Shown in pieces: positions 10,188 through 26,876 of a stretch of 64,000 bases of DNA (its first letter is position 1; every line of letters starts with the position of its first letter). The DNA comes from Longimicrobiales bacterium (GTDB lineage: Bacteria; Gemmatimonadota; Gemmatimonadetes; Longimicrobiales; Gaopeijiaceae), in the NCBI GenBank assembly GCA_965197725.1, contig CBDANQ010000059.1:64001-128000 (forward strand), given 5' to 3'. A program made the position numbers and the translations under genes. The notes beneath the pieces are model-generated. The model was not told the DNA's origin. It saw only the letters and a program-made list of their open reading frames with translations, and ran no database searches.

Positions 10188-10887
10188 CTAGCGTTTCGTG
10201 CCAAAGCTCGAGCGTGTAGCTCCCCGGCGGGATCCCGGAGATCCGGACGAAGCCGAGCTCGTCGGAAACCGCGTGAAAGGGGTGGACATCAACTCGAATG
10301 TAGGCTCGCATCCAGCCATGGACATCACACAACACCGCGATTATCCCCGGACGCCGGAATACTCGGGAGACGGTCATTCCCTCCGCCGGCAGAGCTACGT
10401 TGGACCTGAGGGGACCGTAGTAATGAGTGGTATGCATGACCGGGTCACTGTTCCTCGCCACGATCGTGTCCCCTACCCTCGCTACGGCCACGTGCGGAAG
10501 GAACTGACATTCGCGGTTGTCGATTACGAGCCTTTGCGGGGGTCCCGCAGCAACCGCAACCGCGGGGACGTCGAGCAATGCCGCGATCACATGCTGGACG
10601 CCTCGGGTCTCCGCCGACACCAACAAGTCATCGAGGCTGTGTTCGAGACCGCATGCCTCTGGGTCCGTCGTATTCCGTACACGTGTTGATGCTGGCAACG
10701 ACTTACCTGCGAGACGCACGAAACCCTCCAATGCACCCGTCGGGCTCACCTGAGTTTGTTCGGGCTCGGCTGAGGAACCACGCTGCGCGGGCTGGCCATC
10801 ACCACACGCGGCTAGAGGAATGAAGAGCATGAGAAACAGACACGCTCTGTTCCGGCGCACGCTCACTCCCACCGTCAAGAGACTCAA
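10174..10887 (-). CDS. Lipoprotein with cupredoxin-like and carboxypeptidase-regulatory-like domains; 3' end truncated by the IS
   Basis: Lipobox LAAC; CQFLPHV, NSDPVMH, CDVHGWM, GIPPGSYTLELWHETL; the last codons (ADRG*) come from the IS end. Confidence 0.75.
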   Translation of the reverse strand: MSLLTVGVSVRRNRACLFLMLFIPLAACGDGQPAQRGSSAEPEQTQVSPTGALEGFVRLAGKSLPASTRVRNTTDPEACGLEHSLDDLLVSAETRGVQHVIAALLDVPAVAVAAGPPQRLVIDNRECQFLPHVAVARVGDTIVARNSDPVMHTTHYYGPLRSNVALPAEGMTVSRVFRRPGIIAVLCDVHGWMRAYIRVDVHPFHAVSDELGFVRISGIPPGSYTLELWHETLADRG

Positions 10888-11210
10888 TTCGTCGACTGTA
10901 GCGCGTCAGTGGACGTAGGGAGCTGTCGCATGTGATTATTCCCTGCCCTGATAGGCGGTACGAACTCCTCAACCCAGTCGCAGGGCAGCGCGGGTGACCG
11001 ACGAGTCGCAACCAACACCGCTGGCCGGTGGTTCAGTGGCGTATCACCACCATCATATGGTGCACTCCGGAGCCATGCACCAGCTTCCATAGCGGTAGTT
11101 GACGACTGAATCGCCCCGGGTTTACCGGGGACCCGGTTTTCGTGAGTGTCACCAGCGATTCACCGCCCTCTCGGGGCCACGAGGACCATGCCGTCGGACG
11201 CTTTTAACCC

Positions 11211-11239
11211 TTTACGCCTCCGGAGACGGGAGTTAGCTT
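11211..11239 (+). promoter_or_regulatory. Putative sigma70 promoter for the tRNA-tuf operon
   Basis: TTTACG-17 bp-TAGCTT about 120 bp upstream of tRNA-Tyr. Confidence 0.45.
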
Positions 11240-11358
11240 TTTAAGCTTGTTCGTAAAAGGCCGCCTCAGTTGCCTGGGGGCGGCTCTTTTCCGCATCTGG
11301 GAGGTCGTGCGGAGAGGTCGGCCGGGCGCCCCGACGGGACGGTTCGGGTGCGAGAGCC

Positions 11359-11440
11359 GGTGGGGTACCGAAGCGGTCAAACGGGGCAGACTGTAAATCT
11401 GCTGGCATAGCCTTCGGAGGTTCGAATCCTCCCCCCACCA
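11359..11440 (+). tRNA. tRNA-Tyr(GTA)
   Basis: Acceptor GGTGGGG/CCCCACC, anticodon loop CTGTAAA, long variable arm, GGTTCGAATCC; CCA not encoded. Confidence 0.95.
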
Positions 11441-11482
11441 CTTCGTGACTCGCTGGCAGATGAAAAACGGAGGGGAGGCGCT

Positions 11483-11556
11483 GCGGGAGTAGCTCAGTTG
11501 GCTAGAGCATCAGCCTTCCAAGCTGAGGGTCGCGGGTTCGAGTCCCGTCTCCCGCT
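11483..11556 (+). tRNA. tRNA-Gly(TCC)
   Basis: GCGGGAG/CTCCCGC acceptor, CTTCCAA anticodon loop, GGTTCGAGTCC. Confidence 0.95.
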
Positions 11557-11589
11557 TGCAGCGAAGCGGTTGCTGTGAAGAATCGATGC

Positions 11590-11661
<72 letters not shown>

Positions 11662-11713
11662 TGCTGCCGTACTCGGTAGCACAAAAGACACGACCCGATT
11701 CAGAGAGACAGCG

Positions 11714-12907
<1,194 letters not shown>

Positions 12908-13253
12908 GGGGTTATAGCTTAGGGTTTCGACGAGAAACGGGTTCCTCTCCGCGAAAGGGCTAGCGCAACATCGCTGCGAGGAACCCGTTCCCCGACGAAC
13001 CCTGGACATATCAGGAAACAGTGGCAACAGGCCGCTCGGGTCGGGTTACCTGCCGGTCGTGGGGGACTCCGGCTCCACCGCAATGCGGATGAGTCGGGGC
13101 ACGGGGAACACGAGTTTGTATGAAGACCAAGACGGTGGTGCAACCACCGTGCAGAAGAGAGAGGCAGGCGGAATAAGTAAGAAGACGGGATACACTAGCG
13201 GCCGAACGGCTGAGCAAGAGCGGGGGACGGGACCACGGTCCCCCTTCACAAGA
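12908..13253 (+). repeat. Structured tuf 3' region, duplicated (with a 124-bp deletion) after tuf copy 2
   Basis: 12908-12968 and 13093-13231 match 33845-34044; contains several hairpins. Confidence 0.85.
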
Positions 13254-13267
13254 GCAAAAGAAAAGAG

Positions 13268-13417
13268 ATGCGCGACAAAGTGATCCTTGCCTGCCAGGAG
13301 TGTAAGGAGAGGAACTACAACAAGACGAAGAACAAGCGTCTTCATCCCGAGCGCATTGAGCACCGGAAGTACTGCCCGCGATGCCGGACGCACACGCAGC
13401 ACAAGGAAACGAAGTAG
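13268..13417 (+). CDS. rpmG: 50S ribosomal protein L33 (Zn-binding form)
   Basis: Manual translation [49 protein letters not shown]. Confidence 0.97.
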   Translation: MRDKVILACQECKERNYNKTKNKRLHPERIEHRKYCPRCRTHTQHKETK

Positions 13418-13419
13418 CG

Positions 13420-13632
13420 ATGGCTGTTGTCGAGAAAATCAAGGAAACGAAGACCTTCGTCGGGGAGTGTTGGATCGAGCTCCAGAAGGTGACGTGGCCT
13501 GACGCGGATCAGCTCAAGAGTGCGACGATCGTGGTCGTGGCCTTCACCATCGTGGTCTCGCTCATCATCTGGATGATGGACAAGTTCTCTGGTTGGGTTG
13601 TGGAGATGATCATGGGGATTTTCGGAGCCTGA
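13420..13632 (+). CDS. secE: Preprotein translocase subunit SecE
   Basis: ELQKVTWP motif plus one TM helix; directly upstream of nusG. Confidence 0.95.
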   Translation: MAVVEKIKETKTFVGECWIELQKVTWPDADQLKSATIVVVAFTIVVSLIIWMMDKFSGWVVEMIMGIFGA

Positions 13633-14186
13633 TGGCTGAGGCTGCGGCGGATACGCGCTGGTACGCGATCCAGACCTATTCCGGGCACGAGAACAAGGTC
13701 CAGCGGCTCGTTGAGCGGCGGATCGAGGATGAGCCGGGCGAGGGGGACGCGCAGGAGATCCGCGAGGTTCTGGTCCCGACGCAGGAAGTGACCGAGATCC
13801 GCAACGGGAAGCGTGTGACCGTCACGAAGCGACTTTACCCCGGCTATGTGCTGGTCGAGATGGTTTTGAACGAACGGACCCAGTACGTGATCAACAACAT
13901 CCAGGGCGTGATCAAGTTCGTAGGGCAGGGGCGTGCACCTCAGCCGCTACGCGAAGAAGAGATCAACAAGATTCTCGGCGTCGAGGTCACGGCCGAGACT
14001 GAAGACCGCGAGGAGATCCTCTTCCACGTGGACCAGGTCGTCGAAGTCACGCAGGGGCCGTTCACCGACTTCAGTGGAACGGTTCAGGAGGTGTACGCCG
14101 ACAAGGGGAAGGTCAAGGTCGAGATATCGCTGTTCGGTCGGCCAACCTCCGTCGAGCTCGATTACACGGATCTGAAGGGTTATTAG
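13632..14186 (+). CDS. nusG: Transcription factor NusG
   Basis: WYAIQTYSGHENKV, YPGYVLVEM and KOW motif GPFTDFSG. Confidence 0.97.
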   Translation: MAEAAADTRWYAIQTYSGHENKVQRLVERRIEDEPGEGDAQEIREVLVPTQEVTEIRNGKRVTVTKRLYPGYVLVEMVLNERTQYVINNIQGVIKFVGQGRAPQPLREEEINKILGVEVTAETEDREEILFHVDQVVEVTQGPFTDFSGTVQEVYADKGKVKVEISLFGRPTSVELDYTDLKGY

Positions 14187-14189
14187 ACG

Positions 14190-14615
14190 ATGGCGAGAAA
14201 AGTCATTGGCTTCATCAAGCTTCATGTGCCGGGTGGCCAAGCCAACCCGGCGCCACCGGTCGGTCCCGCTTTGGGCCAACACGGTGTCAACATCATGGAG
14301 TTCTGCAAGCAGTTCAACGCCAAGACCCAGGACAAGCAGGGCATCACGATCCCTGTGGAGATCACTGTTTACGCGGACCGGTCCTTCTCGTTCATCACCA
14401 AGACGCCGCCGGCGTCGGTGTTGATCTTGCGCGCGATCGGTCTGCCTAAGGGCTCTGGTGAGCCCAATCGCGAGAAGGTCGGGAATATCTCCCGGGCGCA
14501 GCTCGAAGAGATTGCGTCGACCAAGATGGAAGACCTCAATGCCAACGACATGGACACCGCCGTGCGGATGATCGCCGGCACGGCCAGATCGATGGGTGTG
14601 GAAGTGGAGGGGTAG
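14190..14615 (+). CDS. rplK: 50S ribosomal protein L11
   Basis: [23 protein letters not shown]. Confidence 0.99.
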   Translation: MARKVIGFIKLHVPGGQANPAPPVGPALGQHGVNIMEFCKQFNAKTQDKQGITIPVEITVYADRSFSFITKTPPASVLILRAIGLPKGSGEPNREKVGNISRAQLEEIASTKMEDLNANDMDTAVRMIAGTARSMGVEVEG

Positions 14616-14690
14616 CAGGCACCGACCCCGCCCAGACCACCGGCTGTGAGCCGTCACACGGTGGGAGGGTTCACGAACGGCTCGTAAAAG

Positions 14691-15389
14691 ATGGCTACAA
14701 CAGGCAAACGTTACGTTTCCGCGCGCTCCGGCGTCCCGGTGGGCGTCAAGTTCGCTCCCGACGAGGCGGTCAAGCTCGTCAAGGAGCTCGCGTTCGCGAG
14801 GTTCGACGAAACCGTCGAAGTCGCGACCCGACTCGGGGTCGACCCTCGGCAGGCGGACCAACTCGTGCGCGGCACCGTCGTTCTCCCTCACGGGACCGGC
14901 AAGGCCGTGCGCGTTCTTGTCATCGCCGAGGGTGAGAAGGAGACTGAGGCAGCAGAGGCCGGCGCGGACTATGTGGGTGTCGAGTACCTCGAGAAGATCC
15001 AAAGTGGATGGCTGGATTTCGAAGTCTGCGTGGCGACCCCGGACCTCATGGGCAAGGTCGGCCCGCTGGGCCGGGTGCTCGGTCCTCGTGGCTTGATGCC
15101 GACCCCCAAGGCAGGAACGGTGACGTTCGATGTCGGTCGCGCCGTCGGGGAGATCAAGGCGGGTAAGATCGAGTTCAGGGTCGACAAGACCGGAAACGTA
15201 CACGCGCCGATCGGGAAGGTGTCGTTCTCGGAAGATCAGTTGAGGGACAACCTGGGCGCCTTCATGGACCAGATCGTGCGTTCGAGGCCCTCCGCAGCCA
15301 AGGGCACGTACCTCAGGAGCGTGACGGTCTCCAGTACCATGGGACCGGGCGTGGCCATCGACCCGAACCTGTACCGTAAGGGGGCCTGA
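14691..15389 (+). CDS. rplA: 50S ribosomal protein L1
   Basis: [21 protein letters not shown]. Confidence 0.99.
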   Translation: MATTGKRYVSARSGVPVGVKFAPDEAVKLVKELAFARFDETVEVATRLGVDPRQADQLVRGTVVLPHGTGKAVRVLVIAEGEKETEAAEAGADYVGVEYLEKIQSGWLDFEVCVATPDLMGKVGPLGRVLGPRGLMPTPKAGTVTFDVGRAVGEIKAGKIEFRVDKTGNVHAPIGKVSFSEDQLRDNLGAFMDQIVRSRPSAAKGTYLRSVTVSSTMGPGVAIDPNLYRKGA

Positions 15390-15916
15390 TGGACCGCGCG
15401 ACGAAAGAGGGTTTCGTCTCGGATCTCCGTGACCGCATCAGCAGGGCGCCAGTGGTCTACCTGACGGACTTCACGGGGCTCGACGTGAAAGCGATGACGC
15501 TGCTGCGTCGGTCCATCAAGGCGTCGGGTGCCGAGTACCTCGTCGTCAAGAACCGTCTCGCCAAGCGAGCCTTCGCGGAGACGGGGCTTCCGGACATCTC
15601 GGAGAGTCTCGAGGGGCCGACGGGGATGGTGTTCGGGTACGAGGACGCGGTGGCGCCTGCCAAGGCGCTCAGCGACTTCGCGAAGGCCCACGACAAGAAG
15701 CCGGTGTTCAAGGTCGGGATCATGGACAACGAGATCCTGCGCGCTGAGCAGGTGGACGCGATCGCGAAGCTGCCGTCGCGGGACGTGCTCTATTCGATGC
15801 TTGCCGGCGTGTTGGAGGCCCCGATGGCTGCTCTTGCGAGCGCGCTCGAGGCCAAGCTTCAGGAGACGGCCGGACTCATCGATGCCCTCAGAGAAGAGCG
15901 CGAGAAGACACGCTGA
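15389..15916 (+). CDS. rplJ: 50S ribosomal protein L10
   Basis: DFTGLDV, VVKNRLA, LEGPT; synteny. Confidence 0.97.
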   Translation: MDRATKEGFVSDLRDRISRAPVVYLTDFTGLDVKAMTLLRRSIKASGAEYLVVKNRLAKRAFAETGLPDISESLEGPTGMVFGYEDAVAPAKALSDFAKAHDKKPVFKVGIMDNEILRAEQVDAIAKLPSRDVLYSMLAGVLEAPMAALASALEAKLQETAGLIDALREEREKTR

Positions 15917-16021
15917 GCGGCCGGATCCCGGGCACCAGGGGGACGCGGGCGTGTCCCGGTAACAAAAAGGTCAACCCAATCGCCGGCAGATAGCCGGGTG
16001 AATCAGGAGGAAGCAGGAACC

Positions 16022-16402
16022 ATGGCGACGAATCACGAAGAGCTGCTCGAGACCATCGGCAACATGACCGTTCTCGAGCTGTCGGAGTTCGTTGACGCAT
16101 TCAAGGACAAGTTCAACGTCACGGCGATGGCGGCTCCGGTTGCGATGCCGGCCGCGGCCGGTCCGGGGGCTGACGCTGCCGCCGAGGAGAGGGACGAATT
16201 CGACGTCGTTCTCGAGGGAGTCGGCGACAAGAAGATCCAGGTTATCAAGGTCGTGCGCGAGCTCACCAGCCTCGGTCTCAAGGAGGCGAAGGAGCTCGTA
16301 GATGGTGCTCCGGGCACGATCAAAGAAGGTGCGACCAAGCAGGAGGCCGAGGAGATGAGAGCCAGGCTCGAGGACGTCGGCGCCGCAGTCGCGCTCAAGT
16401 AG
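16022..16402 (+). CDS. rplL: 50S ribosomal protein L7/L12
   Basis: [24 protein letters not shown]. Confidence 0.98.
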   Translation: MATNHEELLETIGNMTVLELSEFVDAFKDKFNVTAMAAPVAMPAAAGPGADAAAEERDEFDVVLEGVGDKKIQVIKVVRELTSLGLKEAKELVDGAPGTIKEGATKQEAEEMRARLEDVGAAVALK

Positions 16403-16560
16403 AGCGCTGGGTTTGCAGCCTGCCTCAGGGCAGCGAACGCGAACCTGACGACTGCGCCCGCGCCGCCGCGTGGGTCGCAAGTGATCGCGTGACAACATGG
16501 GATAGCCAAACGCAACGCTGCTCACCCGTTGTCAGGGTGAGCCGTTAAGGGGGACGTACG

Positions 16561-19500
16561 TTGGAACTGCGCAAAGACAACCGCCCGATCCTGGATTTTG
16601 CCAAGCTCGGTCGTGTCATGCCGATGCCGAACTTGCTGGACGTTCAGCTCCGCTCGTTCGAGCAACTCGTCGATCCCGACATCAATCCCGACGAGCAGTG
16701 GGATTTCGGGCTCGACCGTGTCTTTTCTGAGATCTTTCCGATCTCGGATGTGAACGACTACTTCACGCTCGAGTTCGTCAGTGCGGCGCTGGGCGAGCCG
16801 AAGTACTCCGTCGAGGAGTGCATCGAGCGTGACATGACGTATGCGGCGCCGCTCAAGGCCACGCTCCGCCTCATCGTCTGGGAGCAGCCGGAACAAGACG
16901 AAGAGGAGAGGAAGAAGCGGCGGAAGAGGAAGAAGAAGGAGCCGCCCCCGGCGGACCGTCGGCCGGTCGACATCATCGAGAAGGAGGTCTATCTCGGCGA
17001 CCTGCCGCTCCTGACCGAGCTCGGCACGTTCATCGTCAACGGCGCCGAGCGCGTCGTGGTGAGCCAATTGCACCGGTCTCCGGGCGTGGTGTTCGAGGAG
17101 AGCATCCACCCGAATGGTACGAAGCTCTACAGCTCTCGGATCATCCCGTTCCGCGGATCATGGGTCGAGTTCACGCTCGACATCAATGACATCTGCTACG
17201 TCCACATCGACAAGAAGAAGAAGTTCCCGGCGACCGCCCTATTGAGGGCGCTAGGCTACGGAACCGACGCGGAGATCTTCCGCCTCTTTTACGACGTGAG
17301 CCAGGTCAAGCTCACCGGGAAGAACGCGACCACGCTCGAGGAGCTCGAGGGCAAGGTCGTTGCCGAGGAGTTCGTCGATCCGGAGACCGGCGAGATCCTC
17401 ATCGAGAACGGCGAGGAGATCGCTGAAGAGGTCAAAGAGATCCTCGAGCGTCTGGGCACGAAGAAGCTCAAGATCTATACGACGGATCGGCAGACGCCTC
17501 GGGGCGACAGCCCCATGATCAAGAACACGATCAAGAAGGACCCGACCGAGAGTGAGGAAGACGCGCTGCACGCGATCTACTCGCTGCTCCGACCGGGTGA
17601 GGCGCCGAACGTCGACACGGCTCGTGCCGCGCTCGAGAGGGTCTTCTTCAGCCCGAAGCGCTACGACCTCGGCCGCGTTGGCCGGTACAAGATCAACCAA
17701 CGGCTGGGCGTGGACATCCCTCCCACACAGACCGTGCTCACCAAAGACGATTTCATCTCCATCGTTCGCCATCTCATCGAGCTCAACGAGGGACGCGGTT
17801 ACACGGATGACATCGATCATCTCGGCAACCGCCGGGTGCGTACCGTCGGTGAGCTCATCGCCAACCAGTTCTCCGTCGGCTTGAGCCGCATGGCGCGCCT
17901 CGTGAAGGAGCGCATGTCGATCAATACCGACCCAGAGAAGGTGAATATCGACGACCTGGTCAACGCGCGGACCGTGTCGGCCGTGATCCAGGCCTTCTTC
18001 GGGTCGTCGCAGCTCAGCCAGTTCATGGACCAGACCAATCCTCTCGCCGAGATGACGCACAAGCGTCGGCTGTCTGCGCTCGGTCCGGGTGGTCTGACGC
18101 GTGAGCGCGCGGGCTTCGAAGTCCGTGACGTGCACTATTCCCACTATGGGCGCATGTGCCCGATCGAGACGCCGGAGGGTCCGAACATCGGGCTCATCAC
18201 GTCGCTCACGACCTACTCGCGGATCAACGATCTCGGCTTTGTCGAGACGCCGTACAGGGTGGTGAACAAGGGCAAGGTCACGAGCAAGATCGAGTGGCTT
18301 TCCGCCAACGAAGAGGAAGATGCCCGCATCGCCCAGGCCAACGCGCCGCTCAGCGACAAGGGAAACTTCTTGAAGGAGTTCGTCCTCTGCCGTGAGAAGG
18401 GTGACTTTCCGCTGCTCCGCCCCAGCGACATCGACTACATGGACGTCTCGCCGGACCAGCTGGTCTCGGTCGCTGCGGCGTTGATTCCGTTCCTGGAGCA
18501 CGACGACGCGAACCGGGCGCTGATGGGCTCGAACATGCAACGCCAGGCGGTGCCGCTCCTCTTCACCGACGCGCCGTACGTGGGCACCGGTCTCGAGGCG
18601 AAAGTGGCATCGGACTCCGGTGCTGTGATCACCGCGCGCCGGGGAGGCAACGTCGTGCACGTCACCGCCGACGAAATCCTGGTCGACACCGGCTCGATAA
18701 AGACCGGCGAGACGGACCAGCCGCTCGCGAGGCTCGTGCGATTCGACCGGTACCGCCTCAAGAAGTTCTGGCGGACCAACCAGGACACCGCGATCAACCA
18801 GCGTCCGCTGGTGTCGATCGGCGAGACCGTCGAGCCTGGCGACATCATCGCGGACGGTCCGAGCACCGATGCCGGCGAGCTCGCTTTGGGCCGCAATGTG
18901 CTCGTCGCGTTCATGCCCTGGTACGGTTCGAACTTCGAGGATGCGATCGTCATCAGTGAAAAGCTGGTGAAGGACGACGTCTTCACCTCGATCCATATCC
19001 AAGAGCTCGAACTGCACGTCCGGGACACCAAGCGCGGAATGGAAGAGATCACGCGCGAACTCCCGAACGTCGCCGAGGAGAGCCTCGTTGATCTCGACGA
19101 GCGCGGCATCGTGCGGATTGGGGCGAGGGTCAAGGCTGGCGACATCCTGTGCGGCAAGATCACGCCGAAGGGCGGGACCGAGCTCTCTCCGGAGGAGAAG
19201 CTGCTCACCGCGATCTTCGGTGAAAAAGCCAAGGACGTGAAGGACTCGTCGCTGCGCGTGCCTCCGGGAATCACGGGCACGATCATCGACGTGAAAATGT
19301 TCTCTCGCCGGATCGACGATCCGCTGCTCGAGAAGGAGCACGGCGCCAAGATCGGTGACTTGCGCACCTTGGAGCGTGAGGAGATCCAGCGCATCTCCGA
19401 CGTGCGTGACGAGGAGCTACGCGGCATCCTCAATCGCCAGACCGTAAGCCTGATGCTCAAGAAGGGCACGGTCGAGCCGCTCTTGAAAGAGGGCACGAAG

Positions 19501-20813
19501 TTCACGAAGGAGAGCATCGAGGAGATCAACTTCAGAAAGGTCGATCTCGCGACGTTCAAGCTTCAGAACAAGGATGCCAGCGAGAGGATCCGGCGGCTCG
19601 TGGGTGAGGCCCAGGGCCGCATCCAGCGGGTCAAGGAGAAGACCGAGGAGCAGATCGACAAGGTCTTCCAGCCGGATGAGCTTCCGCCGGGCGTCGTTCA
19701 GCTCGTGAAAGTCCATGTCGGAGAGAAGAGGAAGATCTCCGTCGGCGACAAGATGGCCGGACGCCACGGGAACAAGGGCATCATCGCCAGGATCGTGCCC
19801 GAAGAGGAGATGCCGTTCCTCCCGGATGGGACCCCGGTCGAGATCGTTCTCAACCCGCTGGGCGTGCCGTCACGCATGAACGTCGGGCAGATTCTGGAGA
19901 CTCACCTCGGATGGGCCGGCAGGGTACTCGGCTTCGAGTCCAAGACTCCGGTATTCCAGGGAGCCACCGAGAACGAAGTCGGCGCGCTTCTCAAGCTTGC
20001 CGGAATGAAATGGGTCACGAATGCTCTGCACGTCGAGGCCCAACCGCCGGTCACCGAGGACGGGATCGAACAGCTAGTGGCCGTTGCCAACTTGCTTCCC
20101 GTCGTCATGGCTGGCGGCGATGAGGGCAACGGCAACGGCACGCACCGGGTGGGGCACACCCATGGTATCGGCCAGTCCCTCGACGCTTACCTGTCGCTCG
20201 AGCTGAGCAAGAAACAGCAGAAGTTCATCGACGACCTCGTAGGGTTCCTGGTCACCGCCGCCGAGGAGATCTCGGCGCGGGCGGACGACAAGATGGCGAA
20301 GCTCTTCCCGGCGATTCAGAAGCTCAAGGGCCGCTCGAACATCAAGTCTGGTCTCGACGACGCGGTCGTCGAGCTCATGGAGTACGCGGAGATCTTGCCC
20401 AACGGAAAGATTCGGCTCCGAGATGGCCGGAGCGGTCGCCCCTTCGACTTTCCGGTCACCGTTGGCTCGGTGTACATGCTCAAGCTCAGCCACCTCGTGG
20501 ATGACAAGATCCACGCGCGCTCGATCGGACCGTATTCGTTGGTTACACAGCAGCCGCTCGCCGGGAAGGCACAATTCGGCGGGCAGCGCTTCGGTGAGAT
20601 GGAGGTGTGGGCGCTCGAGGCGTACGGTGCGGCGCACACGCTACAGGAGATCCTGACCGTCAAGTCGGACGACGTGCAGGGTCGCTCGAAGGTCTACGAG
20701 GCCCTCGTGAAGGGAGACAACATGCCGAAGCCGGGAATTCCGGAGTCGTTCAACGTACTCGTGAAAGAACTTCAGGCCCTCGGCCTGAGCGTAACGCTCG
20801 GGGAGGAAGCGTA

Positions 20814-20814
<1 letters not shown>
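16561..20814 (+). CDS. rpoB: RNA polymerase beta subunit
   Basis: [38 protein letters not shown]; start codon uncertain (TTG). Confidence 0.99.
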
Positions 20815-25095
<4,281 letters not shown>

Positions 25096-25100
<5 letters not shown>

Positions 25101-26043
25101 ACGGGTCCCGGGCGGGCCGCTGGTCTCCGTGATCATGCCCTGCCGAAACGGAATGCCCTTCGTGGGTCACGCCGTTGAGCGCGTCCTGGCTCAGAAAGCG
25201 CCCCTGGAACTTCTGTTCGTGAATGTGGGCTCCACCGACGGCAGCCTGCAGGAGGTCTCTTCGATCGACGACGATCGAATCCGAGTGATCGAGGCACCGG
25301 CCGGCACGGCTCCCGGGCGTGCGCGCAACCTCGCGGCCCGGCAGGCCCATGGTGACGTACTGGCCTTCGCGGACGCCGACGATCTCTGGCGGCCGGACAA
25401 GCTCGAGCGCCAACTGCGCCTCAGGTCGGAATCCGGCGCGGCGCTCGTATACAGCGACTGCCGGGTGATCGACGGTGCCGGCCGGTTGCTCGGGGCCTAC
25501 CTCAGCCGTCATCGTCCGACGGAGGGGACCGTCACGGACCGGCTCCTCGAGGAGAACTTCGTCCCGCTCTCGACGGTTCTCGTGGACCGCACGGCGTTCG
25601 AGGGTGTGGGCGGGTTCCATGAGGGCTTCCGTGTAGCGTGCGACTACCTGTTCGCGATTCGTCTCTCGCTTCGCGCCGCCTTCGCCCTCGATCCAGAGAC
25701 TCTGGTGGACTACAGAATCCACGACCGAAATCTGACAGCGGACTTCCGGCGCACTTATGCCGAGAATGTCCGTGTCTTCGACCTGTTGCTGGCGGACGAC
25801 GTGGCGAGCTTCGGGGCCGCGTGCCTCCGGAGGGGTCGCAGCCTCGTCCTCTGGCGCTGGGCCATCCGGGAGGGGATGGCTGGGCCGGCGGCATGGACTG
25901 AGGCCGGGCAGCGAGCCGGCGAGGCGCTCCGGTCGGTCGGCCCCGCGACGGGCGTCGCCACGCTTGCCTCTGCGGTCCGCGGCGGCCTGCGCGGCCTTCC
26001 GCTCCGCATCCGGATGGCTCGCGCCCGAGGAAACACCAGGTGA
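25096..26043 (+). CDS. Family 2 glycosyltransferase (start uncertain)
   Basis: [43 protein letters not shown]; first canonical starts are GTG 25129 and ATG 25135. Confidence 0.88.
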
Positions 26044-26876
26044 AGAAGGTTCGCTTCAGCGTCGATGGCGCCGTTGTGGAGGTCGAGATCGACGATCCGG
26101 CGGAGGCTGAACGCGTCGCCGCGCTCTTCCCGACGTACGTCGTGGAGCTGGAGGACTCCGAACCGCAGGCTTTGATTTCGGTGCAGACCGATGCGGATGG
26201 CGGCACGGTTCGCTCCGGCGACCGTATTCAGCGGTATGAATGGAAGAGCGACCTGCTCTCCGGCGTCGAGTTCGAGGCGAACCAGCGTCTGCTTGCCACC
26301 CAGGCGGGGTACGTGCACTTGCACGCGTCGGGCGCGGTGGTGGACGGAAGTGCCGTTATCGCCGTCGGGCAGTCCGGTTCTGGCAAGTCCAACATGGCGA
26401 TGGCGTGGCACCGGGCGGGCTACCGTTTGCTTGGGGACGACGCCGTCCTGCTCGGGAACGACGGCAAGGTGCGAAGTTTTGCGCGGCTGATAAAACTGGA
26501 CGTGGACCGCGCCAGTGCCTTCGGGGTCGAGGTCGAGCGCACTCTGGCGTTCGACTCGACCTCTGCCGAGATCTGGTATGATCCGTCCGATGGTGCGGGT
26601 TGGGCGACAGACTTGGTCCCACTTCGGACCGTGGCGTGGGTCCGTTGGCGGCCAGGGTCGCGGCTGAGGGTACGCCGCCTGGAGCCGGCGGAGTCACTCA
26701 ATCGGATGATTAGCGAGCTCTTCAAGACCGGGCTCGGGCCCGCGGAAGCCATGCCGGCTCTCGCGCGCGTGGCTTCCGAGGCAGAACTGTTGGAGGTCGA
26801 GTTCGAGGACGCCGTGGAAGCGGCAGCCGTCTTGGCCTGTGTCGCTTCCGTCTCTAGCAGTCCGTGGAAGAAATAG
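26040..26876 (+). CDS. HPr-kinase-related P-loop kinase
   Basis: LHASGAVVDG.AVIAVGQSGSGKS...GYRLLGDD: His + Walker A + DD signature of HprK-like and lasso-peptide kinases; GTGA overlap. Confidence 0.82.
   Translation: MKKVRFSVDGAVVEVEIDDPAEAERVAALFPTYVVELEDSEPQALISVQTDADGGTVRSGDRIQRYEWKSDLLSGVEFEANQRLLATQAGYVHLHASGAVVDGSAVIAVGQSGSGKSNMAMAWHRAGYRLLGDDAVLLGNDGKVRSFARLIKLDVDRASAFGVEVERTLAFDSTSAEIWYDPSDGAGWATDLVPLRTVAWVRWRPGSRLRVRRLEPAESLNRMISELFKTGLGPAEAMPALARVASEAELLEVEFEDAVEAAAVLACVASVSSSPWKK

Noticed and set aside
16403..16545. Hairpins in the rplL-rpoB spacer
   Set aside because: Structured attenuator or processing regions are ordinary at this junction.
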